Origin: Octopus sinensis
Lineage: Eukaryota
DNA: 64,000 nt
Reading direction: 5' to 3'
Assembly (NCBI RefSeq): GCF_006345805.1
Contig: NC_043018.1
Location: 27,280,001-27,344,000 of the forward strand
In this document: one piece after another, positions 1 to 12,908 of the stretch
How positions within the stretch are numbered: the first letter of the stretch is position 1
Layout: every line of letters starts with the position of its first letter
Made by a program: the position numbers and the translations under genes
The notes under the pieces: generated by a model
The model's database searches: none
The model's input: only the letters and a program-made list of their open reading frames with translations
Told to the model about the DNA's origin: nothing

Positions 1-81
1 GATAATAAGAATGATCAAGGACGAAATTAAGTAGTAAGTCACGATCCAGACATCCATCGTTTGTGCTTTCGGCGGTAACAT
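1..81 (-). CDS. Putative first coding segment of a secreted or membrane protein (signal-peptide-like), truncated by the window edge
   Basis: ATG at 81..79 reads MLPPKAQTMDVWIVTYYLISSLIILII to the window edge without a stop. It is non-repetitive, has a hydrophobic core, and is the first ATG after an upstream in-frame TAA. No homology can be assigned from 27 aa. Confidence 0.4.
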   Translation of the reverse strand, partial: MLPPKAQTMDVWIVTYYLISSLIILII

Positions 82-576
82 CAAAGCTTTATAACCGAGG
101 TTGTGGTTGATGTATAAGAGATGATGATGAAGAAGAAGAAAGGTGTAGAAGAGGAAGAAGACGAAATAATAATAATAATAACAATAATAATATTAATAAT
201 AATAACGATGATAATAATAATAGTAATATTATAATAATAATGAAAATGGTAATAATAATAATAATAATGGTAATAATAAATTAATAAATAAATAAAGGTG
301 TCGATGTGGTTGGTGGTAGAGTGGTGATGGGGGTTTGCGAAATGAGAGAAAAATGAAATGAGGAGAAATCGTGATGGTGTTGGTGACGGTGTTGGTGGTG
401 TTGATAATGGTGTTGGTGTCGGTGGTGGTGTTGGTGGTGGTGGTGGATATAGGTGCAAAAAGAGGAGGGGGAAGAGGGGGGAAAGTGTGAAAGAGGCGAG
501 AAAGAGAGAAAGAGGGGGGAAAAAGTGAGAGATAAGAAAGAGCAAGAATAGATAAACACGTTATATATATATATAT

Positions 577-621
<45 letters not shown>

Positions 622-785
622 ATAAATATATGTGTATATATATATATGTGTGTGTGTGTATATATATATATCAGAGAAAGAGAGAGAAAAGGAAACGCAG
701 AGAGAGAGAGAGAGAGAAGGAGAGGGGGTGGCCAATAACAAAAACAAATCCTCTGGCGTCGGTACTGACGTTGCCGTTAATGTTG

Positions 786-817
<32 letters not shown>

Positions 818-1289
818 GGTTTGAGTCGATGATGGTGTGGCGGCTGCGGCACTACTGTTGCTGTTGGTGGTGGTGGTGGTGGTGTTGGTGGTGGTATTGG
901 CGGCGCGGTACTGTTCCTGTTGCTGTTGCTTGCTGGTGTTGTTGTTGTTGTTGTTGATGATGACAGTTATGATGATGATGGTGATGGTGATGATGGTGAT
1001 GATGTGATGTGGTTGGCGATGGCGGCGTCGGTAGAGAAGTATAAACGCATGCGAATGTGCGTATATGTGTGTGTTTATGTATGTATTTACATACGTGTGT
1101 GTGTGTATGTGTGCGTGTAGATATATATATATATATGTACGCACACACGTACACACACTGAAGAAGAGAGTGGAAGAAGGATGGGGAGGAGATAGAGGAA
1201 GAAAGAGGTATAGTACTAAGAGTTGTAGTAAGAGGAGAAGAAGCGAGGAAGGTGAGTGATAGCGTGTGAGAGAGAAAGGCAGAGATAAT

Positions 1290-1331
<42 letters not shown>

Positions 1332-1567
1332 CTATCAGCTACTACAGGTAAAATAAACAATTTGCCTCTTCAACCTGTAATAGGGAGTACCCCTAGGTGT
1401 GTGGATAGCGTTGTTGTTGTTGTTGGAGGTGGTGACGGTGGTGACGGTGGTGGTGGTAGTAGTGGTGGTGACGTTCGTCGTGTGGCTAGGAATCTAGTAT
1501 ACGATGGTGATGATGATGATGATGATGTTGATAACGATATCCTCAATGTTGTTACTGGAAAAGTAGC

Positions 1568-1608
<41 letters not shown>

Positions 1609-1903
1609 ATGGTGTTGGTGACGGTGGCGAGTAGTTTGTTGCAATAGTTTTTGTTGTGGTTTTTCTTATATATATATATATATATGTGTATGTATGTATG
1701 TATGTATGTATGTATGTGTGTGTGTGTGTGTGTGTGTGGTGTGTATTAGGTGGAGGTGGTGGGTGCCTGCAGCGGTGTCGGTGATCTTCGCGATATTGTA
1801 CTTCTTACGACGACCACCACGACGATGGTATCGTTATTCTTGCTATTGTTATTGTTGTCACTCTCCTATGTATATGTGTGTATGTATGTATAATTACACA
1901 CAT

Positions 1904-1951
<48 letters not shown>

Positions 1952-2057
1952 TGATAGTGGATATTAAAGTGGCGATATATAAAAAAAAATTATGATAATG
2001 TGATAATGATGGTGGTGGTGGTGGTGGTGGTGGTGGTGATGGCGGGTTTTATCGTTC

Positions 2058-2102
<45 letters not shown>

Positions 2103-2529
2103 AATATTGCTTATGCTGCTGTTGCTAATACTGGTGATGTTTCTCGCTGCAATTGTTGATATAGTAGAATGCTTTGCTGTTGTTGTTGTTGATGGTGGGA
2201 AAGTTGGACGAGGTGTTGTAGTTGTGAATGAAGATGATGATGATGATGACGAGTGTAATGTTGTTGTTGTTGTTTTTGCTGCTGCTGCTGCTGCTGTTGC
2301 AGCTGGTGATGGTAGTGGTGTTGGTGTTGGTGGTGATTGTCTTTGTGGTAGTATCGAACGTAGTACGATGGTTCACAGCAACAGAGGTTGTGGCGGCAAT
2401 AATATCGGTGCTGTTGTTGTTTTTGTTGCTGTTGTTGTTGGCGGCGGTGGTGGTGGTGGTGGTGGTGTTGTCGTTGTAAAAATAGTATCAGCGGTGTTAC
2501 TGTTGTTGTTATTATTATTAGCAGTAGTG

Positions 2530-2561
<32 letters not shown>

Positions 2562-2716
2562 GGTGATAATATAAATTGTCGTTGTATTTGCTGTTGTAGT
2601 TTTCTAATTAACAAAACTGGTGAAGATAATTGTAATTTGGATAACGACGACGGCGATGACAATGTTGTTATTGAAGATGATGATGATGATGCTGATGTTA
2701 ATAATAATGATGATGA

Positions 2717-2750
<34 letters not shown>

Positions 2751-2828
2751 GTCGACTGTGCTTGTACTTCTGCTCCACGTTGTTGCTGTTGTAATAGAAA
2801 TTCTAATCGTTGCTGCTGTTGTTGTTGT

Positions 2829-2869
<41 letters not shown>

Positions 2870-3422
2870 TAGTAAGAGTAGAGATAGTAGGGGCGGTGGC
2901 GGCGGCGGCGGCGGCGGCAGTGCTGGCGGCGGTGGTGGTGGTGGTGACGATCGTCCCGATGCTGTCGTCGTTGTGAAAAGCACGTGCATATCCCGAGAAG
3001 GTAAACAAACGCGACCAGCGGCGAGCGGCGGTGTCGAACGAGCGACTGTGCACAACAGCATCAAGGGGTGAAAGACAGAGAGAGAGAGAAGGCGAGAGAG
3101 AGAAGGAGAGAGAGAGAGAGAGAGAGAGGGGGAAGAGGGGAGAAGAGGGGAGAGGGAGAGTGGGAGAGTGAGGAAAGGTGAGAGAGAGAGGTGTTGGTTT
3201 GTGTGTGTGTGTGAACAAACAGACAGACAGTCAGCCAGCCAGACTGAAAGACAAGGCGCGAGTCGGGCAGAAACTAAACGGTGCAACTCCAACGGATCCT
3301 AGTCCGAGCGACCGACCGACCGACCCAACGGACAACCTGGAGTCCGAATACATACATCCATGCATATATTATATATATATATATTATATATATATATATA
3401 GATATAATATATATATATATAG

Positions 3423-3459
<37 letters not shown>

Positions 3460-3780
3460 AAGCGAAAGAGAGAGATTGATATATCTATATATTTATATAT
3501 ATATATATATATATGTATATAGAGAGATATTTATATTTATATATATATAGGGACAGTGGAATCCCCCCAAAAATAAATAAACAAAATAAAAAGGGAGGAT
3601 TAATAGAGAAGGTATACGATGTAAATAAATAAACTACCCTGAGATAAACAGATAGATCGATAGAGAGAGAGAGAGAAAGAAAGGGAAATCAAATGAAAAT
3701 ACAGCAAGAATAATATCCGTGTATGTGTGTATACGTGTGTTGTGTGCAAATGTGTGTATGTACAAGACATGTAAACAGAT

Positions 3781-3811
<31 letters not shown>

Positions 3812-3831
3812 TATATTATAATACTATATAC

Positions 3832-3862
<31 letters not shown>

Positions 3863-5900
3863 AGACAAACACATGCAGATGTGAAATATATATATATATT
3901 ATGCACAATAATAGAGTGTAAATTATAGCGAAGTAGGATAATATCTATAAGTGTAAATAATATAATTATATATAAATGTATACGTATGTATATATATATA
4001 TATATATTGCGTTGTTTATGTATATATCTATCTCTATATATATATATGTAACATATAAGCTTTGTAGCTTTTTGTCTTTTTACCTTTCAAGCTTAGCTTT
4101 TTTTCTTTTTTATGATGTTTTTTGTTGTTGTTGTGTAAGTGGCTTCTTTTTTTTTGTTGTTTTGTGGTGTGTGCACTTTGTTGTTGTTGTTCTTTTTCTT
4201 TCTTTCTTTCTATATATATATATATATTTTTGCTGTTTGTGGTGTTTTTTTGTTAAACGTCAGTCTTTCTGCTTTTCAGCTCAGCTTTAGCTTAGCTTAA
4301 GCTTTCGATTATAAATGCCGATAACTTCACAAAACTCGCCGCAATTTATCCTGGCTTCCTTCTCCTAACACTCCACACGTTTTCTTTTCTCCTCAACACT
4401 CCCTCCCTCGTTCTCTTCTTCTTCTTCTTCTTCTTCTTCTTCTCCTCTTCTTTTGCCCCCCCCTCCTTCATCTTCACATGCTGCCTCCGTTCCTTTCTGC
4501 CTTCGCTCTTCCTTGTTTTTCTTTCCTCCTCCTCCTCTTATCAGCTGTCTCTCCTTTCCCCCCCGCTATTTTTTCGTCGTCCTTTCTCTCTCTCTTCTCC
4601 TTCCCTTCCTTTCTCTGTTCTACTCCTCCTCTACCTCCACTCGCAGCCACTGTTACTACTCCTCATGCTTCACATCTCCTCTATTTGCCTCCCTCCTTCC
4701 TTTCCGTCCGTCCGTCCGTCCGTTCTTCCCTCCTTCCTTCCTTCCTTCCTTCCTTTCCTCTCATTCTCTTATCCTCCCCCGTCCTCCCCCGTCTCCAACA
4801 CCGTTCGCCCCCACCCACCCCACCCTCCACATGTTGACTTTTTCTCTCCCTTCCTTTTCCTACTCTTTCCACTCATTTCTCTTTCTCTTTTTTTTCCCCC
4901 ATCTACCTTCGTTTCTCCCCTCTCCTCTCTCCTCGCTTCCAGCCCTCCACTTCCACCTCCTCCTCCCACATTGTCATCCTTCTTTCATTCCCTCTTTTTC
5001 TTTCTCCCCCTATCGTAATCTCTTCCGCTTTGCTCTTCGTTCTCCCCTTCCCCTTTTCTCCCTCCTTCTCTTCTCTTCTCTTCTCTCTATTTCCTTTTTC
5101 TTCTCTCAATAATTTTTTTTCTTCTTAATTTTATTGTTTTTCAAAGAAATTTAACAGAACCTCCCCCACCACGACCACCACCACTTATACGTGTTCCACG
5201 AATTATTACACCTCTACGCATGTCGTCTCTTCCTCTCACCCACCCTCTACACTCCGTCACACCGTCTCCGTCCCTTTCTCCTCTCCCTCTCCCTCCCACC
5301 TCTCTCTTTCTTTCTCCCTTTCCTCTTCAATCCCCACCCCTTGTTGTTTCTGTCTAACTCCTTTTTTTTTGGACCCTTCCTCTGATTTTCCTTAATTTCC
5401 TCCACACACTCACACACACATACACTCATATGTGCAGTCACATATACCTATACATACATACATACATACATACACACATACATACACACATTCATGCACA
5501 CACACACACACACACATACGCACCGCTTCTTTTTACTCTTCTGCCATACTCCCTTCCCCCTCTCGCTCTCTTTCTCACCGTTCCTCTATCTTGTCTTTCT
5601 CTTCACTCACCCCTCTCTCTCTCTCTCTCTCTTTCATTCGTCCTCACTCTCTCTCTTTCATTCGTCCTCACTCTCTCTCTTCCACCTTCTATTTTCTCCT
5701 TCCTCAATCCTGTTACATCCTCATACCTCTCCTCATTCTCCCTTCTCCCTGTTATAATTTTTTTGTTTGTTTGTTATTTTTCTCCATCATCACGTCCTTA
5801 GTAAACACACACACATGGCTGTATATGTATGTGTATACATGAGCAATCATACATACAGAAGCTCGTATATCAACAGATATTACACACATACACACCACAC
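82..5900 (-). promoter_or_regulatory. Candidate long 5' leader/promoter region made of mixed tri- and dinucleotide repeats with CpG-rich unique islands and a long CT/GA tract
   Basis: No SINE copies in the first ~5.9 kb, whereas the rest of the window is SINE-dense. CpG-containing unique stretches at about 2960-3060, 3240-3350 and 4260-4380. Polypyrimidine/GAGA tract at 4380-5400. TSS and introns are not resolvable. Confidence 0.3.
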
Positions 5901-5931
5901 ACACACACACACACACACACACGTACGTACA

Positions 5932-7227
5932 TGTGGGTTTGTGGTTAAGAAGTTCGCTTCACAGCCACGTGGTTTCACGTTCAGCCCCACTGCTCGGCAC
6001 CTGGTGCGAACTATCTTTTTACTGTAGCCTCGAGTCGACCATTGCTCTGTGAGGTGTATTTGGTGGACGGAAATTGTGTAGAAGCCTGTTGTATATCTAT
6101 CTATCTATCCATCTACCTATTTCTTTACTACCCACAAGGAGCTAAACACAGAGAGGACAAACAAGGACAGACAAACGGATTAAGTCGATTACATCGACCC
6201 CAGTGTGTAACTGGTACTTATTTAATCGACCCCGAAAGGATGAAGAGCAAAGTCGACCTCGGCGGAATTTGAACTCACAACGTAACGGCAGACGAAATAC
6301 CGATACGCATTTCGCCCGACGTGCTAACGATTCTGCCAGCTCGTCGCCTTTATCCATCTATCCATCTACCTGTCTGCCTGTTAATCCACACACACACACA
6401 AATGCATGTATACAAGTATGTTTACCCCATTCATTCAAAAAGCATTAATCAGCCTCGTGCGAACGGTGGAATTGAACCCAGATTCACGTGGTAGTGAAGT
6501 GATCTTTTCATTCATACATCGACGAATGAGCGTGTTTGTACTTGTCTCTTAAACTTTACCAGCCTGTGTTGGTTTGTTTACGTAACGTAATCAATCGTGA
6601 AAAAAAAAAGGCGCAGGAGTGGATGTGTGGTAAGTAGCTTGCTTACCAACCATATGGTTCCGGGTTCAGTCCCACTGCGTGGCATCTTGGGCAAGTGTCT
6701 ATAGCCTCGGGCCAACCAAAGCCTTGTGAGTGGGTTTGGTAGACGGAAACTGAAAGAAGCCCGTCGTATATATGTATATACATATATGCGTGTGTGTGTT
6801 TGTGTGTCTGTGTTTGTCTCCCTAGCATTGCCTGACAACCGATGCTAGTGTGTTTATGTCCCCGTAACTTAGCGGTTCAGCAAAAGAGACCAATAGAATA
6901 AGTACTGGGCTTACAAAAGAATATGTCCCGGGGTCGAGTTGCTCGATTAAAGGCGGTGCTCCAGCATGGCCGCAGTCAAATGACTGAAACGAATAAGTGA
7001 AGTATATATATATATATATATATATACATGCGTACATATATTGTTTTATTCCTTTCCTTGTTTCAGTCATTTGACTGAGGCCGTGCTGGAGCACCGCCTT
7101 TAGTCGAACAAATCGACCCCAGGACTTATTATTATAAGCCTAGTACTTATTCTATCGGTTGCTTATGCCGAGCCGCTAAGTTACAAGGACGTAAACACAT
7201 CAACATCGGTTTTATATATATATATAA

Positions 7228-7260
<33 letters not shown>

Positions 7261-7268
7261 TGTATCTA

Positions 7269-7355
<87 letters not shown>

Positions 7356-7731
7356 ATAATTTCATTCTCTGCTTTGAAGAATTTTTTTAGTCGAATGAAT
7401 CGACCCCAGTACTTGTTTTTTTTTTTTTCTTTTTAACCTGGTACTTATTTTATAGGTCTCTTTTGCGGAAGCGCTAAATCACGCGGACGTAAACATACCA
7501 ATACCGGTTGTCAAACAGTGGTGCGGAACAAGCATACGCGCGCGCACACACACACACATGTAGGCGCAGATACAGGTGTGGCTATATGGTAAGAAGCTTG
7601 CTTCCCAACTACATGGTTCCGAATTCAGTCCCACTGCATGGCACCTTGAGCAAGTGTCTTATACTATAGCCTCGGGCCAACCAAAGCGCTTTGGAGTGGA
7701 TTTGGTAGACGGAAACTGAAATAAGCCCGTC

Positions 7732-7740
<9 letters not shown>
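5932..7740. mobile_element. Cluster of tRNA-derived SINE copies (families A and B), both orientations
   Basis: Family A head at 5932-6085, 6610-7000 (+) and 7561-7735; family A tails on - at 7050-7212 and 7375-7520; family B on - at 6120-6350. Confidence 0.85.
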
Positions 7741-7769
<29 letters not shown>

Positions 7770-7890
7770 TTACACATACATATATAAGAGAAAGAGAGAG
7801 AAATAAACAATACACACACATGTACTACATACATACACTGTGAGTATGTGTGTGTGTCGCTCTCTCTCCCTCTCTCTCTCTCTCTCTCTC

Positions 7891-7929
<39 letters not shown>

Positions 7930-7931
<2 letters not shown>

Positions 7932-8112
7932 CAGGGAGAGAATTCACAAAAAAAAAGACGAAGACAGGTGGTGTAGACAACAAACAGATGTATGAGTTTA
8001 ACGCTCAGGAAGGGAAGTCTTTAACGTTTCGAACCTACGCCCTTCCACTGAAAGGAACACAGAAAGAAACAAGAAGAGAAAATAAAGAATGTGTAGTGGC
8101 TAGCGATCTATA
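7930..8112 (-). mobile_element. Penelope-like pLTR fragment with decayed minimal HHR (8017-8055)
   Basis: Minus strand CTTT CAGTGGA A GGGC GTAG GTTC GAAAC GTT AAAG. Follows a (TA)n tract. Homologous to copies at 13730, 15655 and 41450. Confidence 0.6.
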
Positions 8113-8864
8113 ATATTGTACAGTTAAGTGAACTGGACAGAATTTCGACTTCCTAAAAATATCGACAGAAAATTCTACGTATATTGTGACCTGTAGAAGC
8201 AAGTCAGTTTTGAAGGGAGAGTTAAAACAATTACATCAGTTCCAGAGCACTGTTGGTACTTAGTTTATCAACCACGAAATAATGAGAAGAGCAAAGTCAA
8301 TCCCGGCGGTGTCTGAACCGAGTACGTAAAAAGCAGGGAGAAAAGCCGCTAAGCATTTTGTGTGGCGCCGTAACAATTCTGACAGCTTGCCGCCTGAATC
8401 AATGTTTACATATTAGAGCAAATTCATTCCTATTTTACTGACAGGCTGCAACAGAATATCATAATATCAAATCGGTGCTATTTACTCTTATATAAGTCAC
8501 CACTCTAATTTAATGTTGAATGCTAGTACAATTTCCTTCCCTTCGTATTCAAACTTGATATCAGCTTATCCCGTAAATTAAATCGTATACCGGATTGTTT
8601 TCAGTTAAGATTAAATATAAAATTGTGCGATTGTGAATATATGCAGTAAATTACCAGATCTACTCCAGATCTTTTTACACTACGCGAGCCAAGTATATTT
8701 GCTGCATTAAACAGTAATTAATTGGTATGATAGGAAACGAATTGGTTAAAATATTTAAATGCCAAGTCTCTGTAGCACAGGGAATAGCACGCTGGACTTC
8801 TAAACGTGACGTCGCTGGTTCGAATCACACCATGAATGCGACGTAACATTTTCAGGTGTGGGTG

Positions 8865-9061
8865 TGTGGTTAGAAGTTTACTTCCTAACCACATGGCTTT
8901 AGGTTCAGTCCCACTGCGTGGCACATTGGACAAGTGTTATCCTCTATAAGCCCCGACCGACCAAAGCTTTGTGGGTAGATTTGGTAGACGGAAAACGAAA
9001 GAAACCCGTCGAGTACATGCATAAATACATACGTACAGACATAAGTGTGTGTGTGTGTGTG

Positions 9062-9099
<38 letters not shown>

Positions 9100-9700
9100 T
9101 GTATGTCTGGTGAGTGTGCGCGTGTGTTCCACTACCGCTTGCTGGTTTGTTTACTTCCCGTAGCTAAGCAATTCGGCAAATAAGAAACCGATTGAATACC
9201 AGATTTAAAATCTCAAGTCCTGCTGTCGATTCATTCTACTAAGCCGTTTAAGGCGGTGCCCCAACATGGCCACAGTCCGATGGCTGAAACAAGTAGAAGA
9301 TAATAGATAAGAATTATTTACATAAAAGTGTTCTACTTGGTCATTGAAAGGTTTATTAAATAACTATTTTGTGGGTAGTGAACCCTCAGCAGTAAGGGCC
9401 AGACACTAAGATCTTTGTAACTGTTGAAACGTCCTTATTATGAAGCAGAAATAAGGTGGTGAGCTAAGAATCGTTAGCATACCAGTCTGAGTTCGAATTC
9501 TGTCGATGTCGACTTCGCCTTTCATTCTTCCGGGGTCGATAAAATAAGATCCATTTCAGTACTGATGTAATTGATTTCCCCCACCTCCCCTCAAAAACTG
9601 TTGGTCCTGTACCAAAATTTGAAACCGTGTTCCCTTTCTTCGTTTGAGTCAACGTCTTGAGTTGTCAGATATATTCTTTCGTTTTTGTTTTGGAATCGCA

Positions 9701-9762
<62 letters not shown>

Positions 9763-10063
9763 GTCTGGAAACATTAACTCTTTACTCTCTCTCTCTCTCT
9801 CCTTTTACTCTTTTACTTTCAGTCATTTGACTGTGGCCATGCTGGAGCACCGCCTTTAGTCGAGCAAATCGCCCCAGGACCCCAGGACGTCTTTGTAAGC
9901 CTAGTTATATATTCTATCGGTCTCTTTTGCCGAACCGCTAAGTGACGGGATTTAACCACACCAGCATCGGTTGTCAAGCGATGCTGGGGGACAAAACACA
10001 GACACACAAGCATACACCCACACACACACACCACACACACACAACAGCACATATATATAATAT

Positions 10064-10100
<37 letters not shown>

Positions 10101-10260
10101 CGACAGGCTTCTTTCAGTTTCCGTCTACCAAATCCACTCACAAGGCTTTGGTCGGCCCGAGGCTATAGTAGAAGACACTTGCGCAAGGTGCCACGCAGTG
10201 GGACTGAACCCGAAACCATGTGGTTCGTAAGCAAGCTACTTACCAAACAGCCACTCTCCT
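8865..10260. mobile_element. SINE copies: family A (+, 8865-9300), family B (+, 9455-9620), family A (-, 9800-10260)
   Basis: Shared head/tail motifs (gtggctgtgtggtaag...ggttcagtcccactgcgtggc; gtcgactttgcctttcatcctttcggggtcgat). Confidence 0.85.
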
Positions 10261-10419
10261 ATTCAAATTTCAAAAACAATAAGCAAAAAGTTTAGAGCTA
10301 CAAGAAAAACAAAAGCAAAAACTCAAAAAACACTTCCATAAGAAATTTTTTTTTTTTTTGCTAATTCAAATAACATCAGGAAATATCACTATTCTTAATA
10401 GTATGAAGAATAATGTATG

Positions 10420-10637
10420 AACATTTCGCGGTTCACCTATCGCGGTTTATTATTTAAGCTTATGTCGATTCTTCCATGGTGTTGTTTTGCATTTATAACA
10501 AAATAAATATATACAAATTATAAAAATAATTAAAAAGAATATACAGTACAGTACCGTTTCTACTTCGCGGATTTTCAACTATCGCGGGGGGTTTTTTTTG
10601 GAACGTAACGCTAGCGATAGTCGAGGGATAACTGTAA
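10420..10637. mobile_element. Tigger/pogo-like MITE remnant
   Basis: Ends in ...gcgatagtcgagggataactgTA, a CAGT...CCCTCG-type terminus followed by TA. Internal tatcgcgg repeats. The other terminus is not seen. Confidence 0.45.
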
Positions 10638-10694
10638 TGGTTGCATTTCAAAATACGGTGTCCCTGCCAAAAATTAATATATACGAACCAGTAA

Positions 10695-10910
10695 GGCGGC
10701 GAGCTGGCAGAAACGTTAGCACGCCGGACGAAATGCTTAGCGATATTTCGTCTGTCTTTACGTTCCGAGTTCAAATTCTACCGAGGTCGACTTTGCTTTT
10801 CATCCTTTCGGGGTCGATAAATTAAGTACCAGTTGCGTACTGGGGTCGATCTAATCGACTGGCCCCCTCTCCCAAAATTTCGGGCCTTGTGCCTAAAGTA
10901 GAAAAGAATA
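10695..10910 (+). mobile_element. Full-length family B SINE (tRNA head plus CORE-like domain)
   Basis: ggcggcgagctggcagaaacgttagc (A-box region), gagttcaaattc (B-box), and the gtcgactttgc-tttcatcctttcggggtcgataaattaagtacc core. Further copies at 12420, 18865, 21890, 22110, 23465, 29555, 57355, 60760 and 60940. Confidence 0.85.
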
Positions 10911-10974
10911 TATACATACCGGGTTAGTGGCATTACGTTCTGGGCATTACACTGGGGTCGATTTCATCGACTTA

Positions 10975-12265
10975 CGAGGGACGTTCAATAAGTAATGCCT
11001 CTGACACACTTGCAGTTGTTTGATCAAGCTGAAATTTTGCATGTGTAATTATTTATATCTCTATAGATTAAGTGGCAAATTACAGCTCTGAACTAATTGT
11101 GGTTTCTGATTTACCGGTGTTTGAACTGAGTCAAGTGTGAAATGGAGCCTGTTGAGTGTCGAGCAGTGATCCGGTTTTTGTATTTGAAAGGACGCACACC
11201 ACGGGAGACTTTTGATGAAATGAAAGTAACTTATGGTGATGATGCCCCATCATATGACCTTGTAAAACGCTGGCATCGTGAATTCAAACATGGTCGGAAC
11301 TCTGTGGAAACAGCTCCCAAATGTAGTCGCCCCACTTCTGCCATTGATGAGGCATCTGTCCGTCAAGTTGAGGCTGCCATTTTGGAAGATCGACGCATAA
11401 CTATTCGCCAAATAGCCCATGAGGTCAAGATTAGTACCGGGTCTGTGGAAACTATCATTCATGGCCATTTGCATATGCAAAAGGTGTCTGCCAGATGGAT
11501 TCCCAGGTTGCTCACACCTTTCCAGAAGCAAGAACGCGTTGAGTGCTCGAGGATGAATTTGGAGATGTGCCAAGAGGATGAGTCAACATTTTTCAAAAGA
11601 CTGATTACACAGATGAAACCTGGGTCCATCACTATGATCCAGAGACCAAAGCCCAGTCAATGCAGTGGAAGCACCGTGACTCACCTCCTCCAAAGAAGGC
11701 AAGGGTGCAGCCCTCCGCTGGCAAGGTCATGCTCACAGTCTTCTGGGACCAGGATGGAGTAGTGATGACAGATTTCCTGGCAAAGGGTGCCACAATTACA
11801 GGAGCCTATTATGCTTCACTTTTGAGGAAATTAAGAGAAGCTATCAAAATCAAGAGGCGGGGCAAGATCAGCAAAGGCATCCTCCTCCTGCAGGACAACG
11901 CTCTGGTCTACAACTCGCGTATCGCCAGATCAGAAGCACAGACGTGTGGCTATTAACTCCTCCCCCATCCCCCTACTCTCCTGACCTTGCACCCTCTGAT
12001 TTTCACCTCTTCCCAGCCATGAAGTTGTTTTTGAAAGGAAAGCGTTTCCCAGATGATGCAGCCTTGATTTCTGAAGTCACGTCGTGGTTGGAGGACCAAG
12101 CTGGGGTCTTCTACAAAATCGGTCTCCAGAGCTGCATCAAACGATGAGAGAAATGCGTAACTCTGGGTGGTTCCTATGTAGAAAAAGACTAATAACTGTG
12201 CCAAGTTTCGTTGCTCTACTGCTATGGAAAGTGGGTCAGGGGCATTACTTATTGAACGCCCCTCG
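10975..12265 (+). mobile_element. Mariner (D,D34D-type) DNA transposon, full length, 1291 bp
   Basis: TIRs cgagggacgttcaataagtaatgcc (10975-10999) and ggcattacttattgaacgcccctcg (12241-12265), TA on both sides. Inserted into a family B SINE that resumes after it. Confidence 0.95.
11142..12192 (+). pseudogene. Mariner transposase pseudogene
   Basis: HTH N-terminus MEPVECRAVIRFL, WIPRLLT (WVPH-like), QDNA and YSPDLAPSDFHLF motifs. One frameshift near 11612 (TQDET) and premature stops near 11954 and 12146. Confidence 0.93.
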
Positions 12266-12824
12266 TAGCCCCACCTCAAAATTGCTGGCATTGTGCCAAG
12301 ATTTGGCACTGATATATACGTACCAGATGCCAGGAATGTGTTTAATGTGTTAAATTGGTAGATCCAATTGTGTTACGCCACTATATTTAATAATAATAAT
12401 AATAATAATAATAATTCTTTCTACTGGAAGCACAAGGCCTCAAATTTGGGGGAAGGAATAGTCGATTACATCGACCTCAGTACGTAACTAGTACTTATTT
12501 CATCGACCCTGAAAGGATGAAAGGCAAAGTCGACCTCGGCAGAATTTGAACTCAGAACGTAGCGACGGGCGCAATACCGGAATAATAATAATTATTATTT
12601 CTTTTACTTCTTTCAGTCATTTGACTGCAGCCATGCTGGAGCACCGCCTTTAGTCGAACAAATCGACCCCGGGACTTATTGTTTGTAAGCCCAGTACTTA
12701 TTTTATCGGTCTCTTTTGCCGAACCGCTAAGTAACGGGGACGTAAACACACCAGCATCGGTTGTCAAGCAATGCTAGGGGGACAAACAGACACACAAACA
12801 CACACACATATATATATACGACGA

Positions 12825-12850
12825 ATAATGATAATAATAATAATAATAAT

Positions 12851-12906
<56 letters not shown>
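12825..12906. repeat. (AAT)n microsatellite abutting a LINE 3' end
   Basis: Direct reading. Confidence 0.95.

Positions 12907-12908
<2 letters not shown>

Noticed and set aside
65-100. caaagctttataaccgagg resembles miR-9*/miR-79
   Set aside because: There is no matching 5p arm or hairpin, and it overlaps the candidate start codon region.
4309-4316. TATAAAT on the + strand as a TATA box
   Set aside because: It is followed only by CT repeats with no + strand gene, and such motifs are common in AT-rich DNA.
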